DNA of 64,000 nucleotides from Obrimoposthia wandeli (lineage: Eukaryota), in NCBI GenBank assembly GCA_977020255.1, contig CDROCS010000253.1, forward strand, positions 1,488,001 to 1,552,000, given 5' to 3'. The position numbers were made by a program, and so were the translations under genes. The notes under the pieces are model-generated. The model was given only the letters and a program-made list of their open reading frames with translations. It was not told where the DNA came from and made no database searches. Positions 35,401 to 44,243 of this stretch are shown here, in pieces (the first letter of the stretch is position 1; every line of letters begins with the position of its first letter).

Positions 35401-36696
35401 ATGTTGATCGTACAACTCATTCTCATTAATATTGCTTTTATCGTTAGCTTTTCTCTTTTATTGCCTAGCTCACCTTGGTTATTCTCTATAAGTTCAATAC
35501 TGTTAATTGCTTTAGCTGCTATGCGCTATCAGTATTACCATCGACAAACTCATCAGATCTTGCAGACGTTATTACACGGCCTACGTAACTTACAAGACGG
35601 TGACTTTTCTATTACCCTAGCGGATAACAAGAGCAATAAAAGTCAAAGCCAATCTGAAGTGTTAGCGCTCTTTAATCAAGTGACTGATAAGCTAAGGCAA
35701 GAGAAGCAATCACTCTATCAACGTGAACTTTTGTTAGATAAGGTCGTCAATGCCTCAGATGTTGTCACTGTGCTGGTTAACCACAGAGATACTATTATTT
35801 TTGCTAATCGAGCAGCGGAATACTTTTTTAATCAAAAGAGCATGTTGGGCATGTCTTGGGCTTCGTTACTCGATGAGAAGTTACCTGAGCTAATCCCCCA
35901 TAATGATAAAGATAATGCCATCATTCAATTACTGTTAGCTGAAACGAAAGCAGAACATAGCTGGCACCTGTCTCGTCATCATTTGAAACTGCATGGCAGT
36001 CGTCATCGATTAACGTTACTCAAGCCCATAACCAAAGCCATGCATCAACAAGAATTACAAACATGGAAGAAAGTAATACGCGTTATTAATCATGAGCTGA
36101 ATAACTCTATCGCCCCTATTAGCTCTATGTGTCATAGCGGTAATATACTGGCAGAACGTTTGAATGAACCACAGCTCATTCGAGTGTTCGCTACTATCTC
36201 TAAGCGGATAAATAAACTAGCAGAATTCATTCAGAGTTACAGTCAACTAGCACGACTTTCTCAACCAAAAAAGCAGGAGTTTGATTTAATAAAAACCTTG
36301 AAGCAATTACAAGAGTTGTATCAGTTTACGTTGAGTTGTCAGGATAATAGTTTGATGTTTACAGGGGATGAGAGCCAAATTGAACAGTTGTTAATAAACT
36401 TACTTAAAAATGCTCAACAAGCATGTCCTGACTACGTTACTCCTGAAAAGGCTAGTGCTGTTAGTGTTAGTCTTAAGCAGGATAAGCTCGTTATTACCGT
36501 AAGAGATTTTGGTACAGGTATGCCGGTAGAAGTATTACAGAAGGCATTCTTACCTTACTATTCAACAAAAGCAGATGGCAGCGGTATTGGTTTAAGTATT
36601 TGCCGAGAGATTAGTGATGGTCATCAAGGTCAAATAACCTTAAATAACCACCCTGAAGGCGGCTTGCAAGTAGAGCTGTATTTACCACTAAGTTAG
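35401..36696 (+). CDS. Sensor histidine kinase (NtrY-like, HAMP/PAS-like/HATPase)
   Basis: H-box INHELNNS, N-box NLLKNA, DFGTGM, STKADGSGIGL. Confidence 0.93.
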   Translation: MLIVQLILINIAFIVSFSLLLPSSPWLFSISSILLIALAAMRYQYYHRQTHQILQTLLHGLRNLQDGDFSITLADNKSNKSQSQSEVLALFNQVTDKLRQEKQSLYQRELLLDKVVNASDVVTVLVNHRDTIIFANRAAEYFFNQKSMLGMSWASLLDEKLPELIPHNDKDNAIIQLLLAETKAEHSWHLSRHHLKLHGSRHRLTLLKPITKAMHQQELQTWKKVIRVINHELNNSIAPISSMCHSGNILAERLNEPQLIRVFATISKRINKLAEFIQSYSQLARLSQPKKQEFDLIKTLKQLQELYQFTLSCQDNSLMFTGDESQIEQLLINLLKNAQQACPDYVTPEKASAVSVSLKQDKLVITVRDFGTGMPVEVLQKAFLPYYSTKADGSGIGLSICREISDGHQGQITLNNHPEGGLQVELYLPLS

Positions 36697-36741
36697 ATGT
36701 TATTTAAAAGATACTTTAACGGCTAATAACTTACAGAGTCA

Positions 36742-37224
36742 TTAAAATTGTTTATCTATTCTTACATTACCATTAGCAAGGTAAACCATCCTCACCGCAT
36801 CTTGGTGGTGAAATACCATCTGTGAATCATAATCTTGAATCACCATAAATTGCTGACATTGTTGCTCAGCGCAGTCAACTTCTATCATTAATTCGACTAA
36901 GTGAATAACGACCGTTTTCGCTTGGCTACGATTGTTGGCAACCGTACCACCAATAACCGCGCCTAAAACCGTGGCTATATCACGACCGTGACCGCCACCA
37001 AATTGATTACCAATGGCGCCGCCAATTAGTGCGCCACCAAAGGTTTTCCAACCGCTATTTTTATCTTGTATTAGTTCTTCTTGGCTAATATTTCTAGCCG
37101 AAATCACTGTACCAAAGAGTACCTTTTCAACAGGAACGGCTTTGTTTCTGTCGTAGTCAGCACTAGCTATATTACTTAATAAAAGCGCGAATAGGGCTAA
37201 ACTTGTTAATAATAACGATTTCAT
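36742..37224 (-). CDS. Glycine-zipper 2TM (SlyB/YcfJ-like) envelope protein
   Basis: Signal peptide; GGALIGGAIGNQFGGGHGRDIATVLGAVIGG glycine zipper. Confidence 0.8.
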   Translation of the reverse strand: MKSLLLTSLALFALLLSNIASADYDRNKAVPVEKVLFGTVISARNISQEELIQDKNSGWKTFGGALIGGAIGNQFGGGHGRDIATVLGAVIGGTVANNRSQAKTVVIHLVELMIEVDCAEQQCQQFMVIQDYDSQMVFHHQDAVRMVYLANGNVRIDKQF

Positions 37225-37254
37225 AGTGATACCTTCCTAGCTAACAGTTACTTT

Positions 37255-37857
37255 CTACCAGCTTACGAATTCTTTTCCTTTGGTTTTACGGATTTCAGTT
37301 TCATCAGCCCATTCAACTAAGCCACTTTCTAAATCCATTAAACGAAGGGTAAATTTGTAATAAACATCTGACTGATCTTTATTAGACTTAACTATGCTCG
37401 CTAAGTTGCCATACAGCATATATTGCGCACCCACTTGCTTACCAAATTGCATGGCTTTGTTTGGATCAACCATGCCACTGCTTTGTTGGTAATCAAGCTG
37501 TTTACGTACAGCTGCTACTCGGCCCATATCAACAAATCTAAATTTACCAGAACGAAGTAATTTGGTTGAAATAGAGTCAGTAATTGATTCGGTATCAATG
37601 TGTTCACTGGTTTTATTTTTAATACTTTCTACAAACATAATAGGACGAGTGTTAGCCGTTAAGGTACCAATGACAGGCGAGACCAATAATGAGTCAGTCA
37701 TATCACCAGCCACTTTTTGTAAGTCAGTAGAGCCAAAACTAATGTCGGTTGTTTCAACTTCAGTCGCATCGCCATAACGTACTACGGATTTGTTGGTACA
37801 ACCGGCAACAAGCGTAAGTGTTAGTGCAACACTGGTAATCATAATAAGTTTTTTCAT
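37255..37857 (-). CDS. lpoB: Penicillin-binding protein activator LpoB-like lipoprotein
   Basis: Lipobox LVAGC; NKTSEHIDT, SGKFRFVD, GAQYMLYG and LMDLESGLVEW motifs; neighbours ycfL. Confidence 0.85.
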   Translation of the reverse strand: MKKLIMITSVALTLTLVAGCTNKSVVRYGDATEVETTDISFGSTDLQKVAGDMTDSLLVSPVIGTLTANTRPIMFVESIKNKTSEHIDTESITDSISTKLLRSGKFRFVDMGRVAAVRKQLDYQQSSGMVDPNKAMQFGKQVGAQYMLYGNLASIVKSNKDQSDVYYKFTLRLMDLESGLVEWADETEIRKTKGKEFVSW

Positions 37858-37924
37858 TTGGTTTTCCTTTAACTAATTTCAATAAAGTAAATGTGTTTTT
37901 TGGTTGAATATTATCGTTTGAGTA

Positions 37925-38398
37925 CTAAAATTTAAAAAACTTTTCTGGTACTTCACGTACATAGAGACTAAACGATGCTACTTGGGTCGTTGGCGCTAAT
38001 CCTGGGACTGTCGCTGTTTGCATGCCGGCTAAATCAAGCGGTTGCCAAGGGCTTTTACCAGCTTCAATCACAAAGCCATCTTTATCAAACCAAGTAAATT
38101 GATACTGTAGTTTGAGTGTTTTTTCATAAGTGCTGGTGAGTGATAAATTAATTTCAAGCAACTCATTATTTGTTCGAGATCTGATGTCACTTATATGAAG
38201 CTTCTTACCTAACTCTGGGTTATGCACCTGTAAATGCTTACTAAATTTTTGCCCTGGGGCTATTTGGTCACTGCCCATACCAGAGGTAACCGGTGGGACA
38301 TTTTTACAACCACTGATCAGTAACGTTGCTGTCAACGCTGCAATTAACAGCGCGGAACGTTTTGTTGTAGTCGACGTCATTATTTTAACTTTTTTCAT
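37925..38398 (-). CDS. YcfL (DUF1425) family lipoprotein
   Basis: Lipobox LISGC; LQYQFTWFDKDG motif; directly upstream of lpoB. Confidence 0.8.
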   Translation of the reverse strand: MKKVKIMTSTTTKRSALLIAALTATLLISGCKNVPPVTSGMGSDQIAPGQKFSKHLQVHNPELGKKLHISDIRSRTNNELLEINLSLTSTYEKTLKLQYQFTWFDKDGFVIEAGKSPWQPLDLAGMQTATVPGLAPTTQVASFSLYVREVPEKFFKF

Positions 38399-38473
38399 TA
38401 TTTAGTACTCCATGTTTAACAGGGCGCTATGCTTAACTTATATTTTAGGTGTATTTCACTGTGATACTTTAAT

Positions 38474-39925
38474 TTAAAGATTGATACTCTGATAATTAGT
38501 ATAACTTCCGATTGAGGTTAATTTTACTAAGGTTTGCCTGTCTTCATTAATTTCAACCGTGATGGTGCGACTGTTACCGTTAATGGTCAATTCTACTTCT
38601 TGTTGGCCAAGTGCTAAGTCTAGTCGTAGTATATGAATGCTATCGGGTAGCGTACTCCAACTTCGAGTATCTGCTTTTTCAGATGCTATATTGTAAAGTC
38701 CGGCTAAAATATTACCTACATCACCACCTTTGCGGCTCATTTGTTGTCTAAGTTCTTCCTTAGCAAAAAGACGCACAACTTGTCTGGTGACAATCGCTGG
38801 CATTTCATCTTGTAATTGCTTAGCGGCAAGAGATTGTAAGCGGACAATTTCTTGAGACTGATAGGTATTGCCTTGATAGTTTAATGAGAGCCCTGAGTAT
38901 TGGCGTAAGCGGTTTTGGTAACTAGGTAAAGCTAAACTGTAAAAGCGCACATCGTTATGGCTAGTGAAAATGGGCAGATGGATGGATACTTCCTGTTTAC
39001 TCGGGATGATGCCTTGTTCAACAAGAACAACAAGCTGGCCACTTTTAGTTAAACTTTTTCGGTTATCAATGACTTGGTTATTACTTTGGGTAATCTCATT
39101 AGAAAAACGGTTGCCGTATAATTGAATGTCATTGGTCATGCCAAGCTTCGTAGCCAAGCGCCATACATCTTTTTGCACGGTTACGTTGTGAGGGTAAATT
39201 TCTAATGCTTTTTTATAGTCTATATAAGCATCATTGGCTTGTCCTGCTGCTTCATAAAGTACGCCAGATAAGTAAAAGGTGTAGGCATTTTGAAAACCAT
39301 TTTTTACTTTGCCAATGGCGGTATCCATGGATGGATATTTACTTGCTAAGCTTTCAGAACTAACACCTTTATTTGTCATTTCTTTTTGGTTGTCATAAAG
39401 CGCTTTTTGATTGGCTTGTAAGGCTTTTTTTTGTACCAAATTCGCGCGTCGTATTTCAACTAATGCACCTGAGAGATCGTTTTGGTTTAGGTAATTAAGT
39501 GCTTGGTAACAATGCAGCATGCTTTGTTCATAATAGGGAATGTCGTATCGGATTGCGCTATCGTTACTTACTATTGCGGTAACATTTTCTACGCTTCGGC
39601 TGAGTTGGATCTTGGCTGCTTGCTCTGTTTGCTGAACTTGCCGGTATACCCGGTCAAAGTCTTGCTGACTTTCGCTGTGGTTACTGGCAAGAAACTCTAA
39701 ACGAGCTTTTTCTAATAAACTTAAGGCATAACTACCATTGCTTTCACTACGCTCAGATATCAGTGAGACTGCTTGTTCGAAGTTACCTCGTTGCTGGGCA
39801 CTCTTTACGCCTTGCATCTGTTTATTGTAGTTACTAAATAAATCACCAAATGAGGTGCCGGCACAAGCACTTAGCGCGAGTGAAAGTAGTATGATTATTG
39901 GAACTTTGAAAGAAATATTGAGCAT
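38474..39925 (-). CDS. COG3014-family TPR lipoprotein
   Basis: Lipobox LSAC; YEQSMLHCYQALNY, AYIDYKKA and ADTRSWSTLP motifs; usual partner of ycfL-lpoB. Confidence 0.75.
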   Translation of the reverse strand: MLNISFKVPIIILLSLALSACAGTSFGDLFSNYNKQMQGVKSAQQRGNFEQAVSLISERSESNGSYALSLLEKARLEFLASNHSESQQDFDRVYRQVQQTEQAAKIQLSRSVENVTAIVSNDSAIRYDIPYYEQSMLHCYQALNYLNQNDLSGALVEIRRANLVQKKALQANQKALYDNQKEMTNKGVSSESLASKYPSMDTAIGKVKNGFQNAYTFYLSGVLYEAAGQANDAYIDYKKALEIYPHNVTVQKDVWRLATKLGMTNDIQLYGNRFSNEITQSNNQVIDNRKSLTKSGQLVVLVEQGIIPSKQEVSIHLPIFTSHNDVRFYSLALPSYQNRLRQYSGLSLNYQGNTYQSQEIVRLQSLAAKQLQDEMPAIVTRQVVRLFAKEELRQQMSRKGGDVGNILAGLYNIASEKADTRSWSTLPDSIHILRLDLALGQQEVELTINGNSRTITVEINEDRQTLVKLTSIGSYTNYQSINL

Positions 39926-40243
39926 TTTAGTAGCTTATCTTGTTACCAATATATAGCAAGGTGAACCCTGTTTAAAAAGTGTAAGTTTATGCAACTATAT
40001 GAAACGCATGAAGGCTGATCTAGAATAAACAGATATTATTAAAACACTGTACTCTTGGCGTATGCTTCTTTCAATTACTGTTGAAACTGTCATCTTCGAG
40101 AATGACGAATTGACTTAAAGTGCTTTGAATTCCTATTTAACTAAATAGCTTTGAATGGTCATGGGTATAGATTAATAAAATGGGCATATAAATTTATAAT
40201 GTCAGGCCTTAGGTTAAATTAAGGTATAAATAAGGATGAACCG

Positions 40244-40576
40244 ATGATGGATAAACGAGTGTGGCTCTTTATGGTAATGAGCCTGTGTATAAGTACAAGT
40301 CAAGTACAAGCTAAAGATGTCATTGTTGAAATATACAAGAAGCAGTTTATTCCCAGCGAAATAACGATTGAAGCTGGCGATAGAGTGATTTGGAAAAATA
40401 TTGAAAAACGTCAATACCACAATGTTTGGTTTAAAGGCTCAGGTGAAGAAGAACCTGATTATTTTTTTCCTGATGAAAGTTATCAGCGTAAGTTTGATCA
40501 GTCAGGTAGTTTTGCTTATGAATGTGGCCCACATCCTAAGATGAAAGGTAGGGTTATTGTTACAAATTCTGAGTAA
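40244..40576 (+). CDS. Periplasmic type 1 copper protein (cupredoxin/plastocyanin family)
   Basis: Signal peptide; HNV plus C-G-P-H-P-K-M supply the His/Cys/His/Met ligand set. Confidence 0.88.
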   Translation: MMDKRVWLFMVMSLCISTSQVQAKDVIVEIYKKQFIPSEITIEAGDRVIWKNIEKRQYHNVWFKGSGEEEPDYFFPDESYQRKFDQSGSFAYECGPHPKMKGRVIVTNSE

Positions 40577-40608
40577 TAACCTTAGAAAAGTTATTGATAT
40601 AAGTCTTG

Positions 40609-40660
40609 CTACAAAAAGGCTATAACCCTAATTTAACTGGGGTTATAGCCTTTTTTGTAG
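40609..40660 (+). terminator. Terminator between the cupredoxin gene and norC
   Basis: ctacaaaaaggctataaccc…ggggttatagccttttttgtag inverted repeat with T run. Confidence 0.75.
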
Positions 40661-40749
40661 TTAAATAAGTTAATAATAAATGCAGATTTTTTGATATAGC
40701 GCAAAATTGTTTCTAATTATGTAACTATTTATTACAACCCCTTGAAAAC

Positions 40750-40763
40750 TTGATTTCCATCAA
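40750..40763 (+). promoter_or_regulatory. FNR/DNR-family binding site upstream of norC
   Basis: Perfect TTGAT-ttcc-ATCAA; a TATTAT -10 element at 40786-40791 fits class II spacing; a weaker site TTGAT-atag-CGCAA lies at 40691-40704. Confidence 0.85.
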
Positions 40764-40843
40764 GTTGCTTACTAAGCTTCCTCGCTATTATCTACTGGCT
40801 TTATAAAAAACTTACGCATGAACTATTTCATTAAGGAAACACC

Positions 40844-41290
40844 ATGTCAGAGAGCTTTACTAAAGGCATGGCAAGGAATATTTATTACGGTGGAAGTATA
40901 TTCTTCTTCTTAATATTCTTAGCTTTGACTTTTCACACAGTAAAAGAGATGCCCAAACGGGATAATCGAGAAAATATTACCGAAGCAGTTGAACGCGGTA
41001 AACACTTATGGGAAAAAAATAACTGTATTGGTTGTCATACGCTTATTGGTGAAGGCGCATATTTTGCTCCAGAACTAATGAATGTTTATGACCGTCGCGG
41101 CGGTGGTAATGAAGTAGCTTTTAAAGCTTTCTTAAATGGTTGGATGAATGCTCAGCCATTAAACATTCCAGGTCGTCGTCAAATGCCTAACTTCCACTTA
41201 AATGACCAAGAAATTGATGATTTAGCTGAGTTCCTTATATGGACATCAAAGCTAGACGCCAATAACTGGCCACCAAACATTGAGGGGTAG
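40844..41290 (+). CDS. norC: Nitric oxide reductase cytochrome c subunit
   Basis: N-terminal TM helix (ARNIYYGGSIFF), heme motif CIGCH, GEGAYFAPEL, GRRQMPNF. Confidence 0.96.
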   Translation: MSESFTKGMARNIYYGGSIFFFLIFLALTFHTVKEMPKRDNRENITEAVERGKHLWEKNNCIGCHTLIGEGAYFAPELMNVYDRRGGGNEVAFKAFLNGWMNAQPLNIPGRRQMPNFHLNDQEIDDLAEFLIWTSKLDANNWPPNIEG

Positions 41291-42685
<1,395 letters not shown>

Positions 42686-42724
42686 TGTAAATATGTCTTA
42701 ATACATTGTGTATGTTGACTAACT

Positions 42725-42756
42725 AAAAAACCGTGACTGTGTCACGGTTTTTTTTT
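42725..42756 (+). terminator. Terminator directly after norB
   Basis: aaaaaaccgtgac-tgt-gtcacgg followed by nine T. Confidence 0.9.
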
Positions 42757-43070
42757 GCGTTTATTTTATTGATTTATTTTTTCTAAATACAATAAGATCA
42801 TAAGCTTATTGATTCATTGTGCTATGTTTTTAAAGTTAGCGTTTATTGGACATTATTAAGAACATTAATATTGGCATGGTATGAATAATCACAGCCAGCT
42901 ATGTGGTAAATGAGTTGCAAATAAAGTGATCTTAATCGCTTAAGTTAGCGTATGTAAGTGATAGTTGAAGTTGACAGTATAACGCTGTGTTTAAACGTTA
43001 ATTTAGCCTTTAACTTAATTCTAATTTAGCAAGAATAATCATTAAAACAGACTTAAGGTAACCGAATAGG

Positions 43071-44213
43071 ATGTTCAAAAAAGCAATTGTACTGCTCCAA
43101 GATTACCTAAATCATTTAGGTTTTAAGGCTCAAATTCACTTTGAGTTAGAAGGTTGTTATAAAACTACTGATAATGGCAAGGCAATTAATCTTCAAGCTA
43201 TTAACGATGCTTTATCACTGCTGGATATCGATGGTGAGGTTGTTAATGAGTATTGGAAAAATCAATGGGAGTATGTTTCTTTATTCAATGGTCAGTCCCC
43301 ACTTCAAGAAGCAGATAACTTAGTCCATGCTATCAATCATCTTCCTGCTATATTCGCTCAACATGGCATCACTGAAACGTTAATTCAGCCAGTGGTTTGG
43401 TCAGGTGATCAAGGAAAGTTAGCGGTAGGTTGTCATGATATTTTTACGACAGACACTCGAGCTGTCCATATACCAAACGCCATACAAATCAATGTCAGTG
43501 TTATTAACGATCAGGGTGTTAATATTATTTCGCATAATGGCTTTGGTGAGTACCTACAGCAATGTTTTTTGCAAACGAGCAAAGCATGTAGTTTGTTGTA
43601 TTTGCCTGAAGAAGAAGCCTTTGAACGTTTAAAACTAAAATCCTACTACGGTTTAGCTGAAGAGCTTTGTTCCCCCTGCGATATTTCTGGTGGACATCAA
43701 GGCAGTATTGCGCTGTATAAAAAATTAGGTAAGCATAATCAACAAATGGGTGAAGAGACATTATTGTTTGATCAACACAATAAGATACTGGTTACCGAAC
43801 AAAATTGGCAGAAAACAGCACGTATAGAACATAGGTTAGGGGCTTCAAGCAAGTTTTATAACCCGCACGCTAATGTGTTATTTGCCTTAATAAATGTTGT
43901 TGATGCTATTGATGCCTATCGACAAGAAAACTTCCCTTCAAATTTAAACTATTCAGCACAAACCATTGAATTACCTAAGTCATTATATAACCAATCCCAA
44001 GAAAAACATGATGTTGTTGAGGACTCTCCAGGTGCTATTGAACTATTTACGCGTTGTGATTGGTTTAGTGAGGGAGTCAACAAAGTGCAACAGTTCATGA
44101 ATAAAATAGATAATGATAGTCACCAAGCCAATTGTTTAGGTGACTTAGTGAAACAACAAATTCTCGATAAATATCAAACTAAAAAAATAGTATTACCTAT
44201 TAATTTTAACTAG
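43071..44213 (+). CDS. Divergent glutamine synthetase / gamma-glutamyl ligase catalytic-fold protein
   Basis: Ordered motifs FELEG (ExE), EYWKNQWEY (E..QxE), HIPNAIQINVS, EAFERL and RIEHR resemble the GS/GCS2 metal and ATP-binding motifs. Family assignment is by eye. Confidence 0.65.
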   Translation: MFKKAIVLLQDYLNHLGFKAQIHFELEGCYKTTDNGKAINLQAINDALSLLDIDGEVVNEYWKNQWEYVSLFNGQSPLQEADNLVHAINHLPAIFAQHGITETLIQPVVWSGDQGKLAVGCHDIFTTDTRAVHIPNAIQINVSVINDQGVNIISHNGFGEYLQQCFLQTSKACSLLYLPEEEAFERLKLKSYYGLAEELCSPCDISGGHQGSIALYKKLGKHNQQMGEETLLFDQHNKILVTEQNWQKTARIEHRLGASSKFYNPHANVLFALINVVDAIDAYRQENFPSNLNYSAQTIELPKSLYNQSQEKHDVVEDSPGAIELFTRCDWFSEGVNKVQQFMNKIDNDSHQANCLGDLVKQQILDKYQTKKIVLPINFN

Positions 44214-44243
44214 CGTAAGTAATACGTAATAAGGCGGCGCTTT

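Noticed and set aside
35372-35407. Possible frameshift giving the kinase a longer N-terminus (ATG at 35372 overlapping the regulator stop)
   Set aside because: That frame stops after 11 codons and the 35401 ORF already holds all kinase domains; a frameshift cannot be supported without homologue alignment.
43071-44213. Annotation as housekeeping glutamine synthetase glnA
   Set aside because: Too short, lacks recognisable GS-I N-terminal and adenylylation regions, and several motifs are altered; no ntrBC context.
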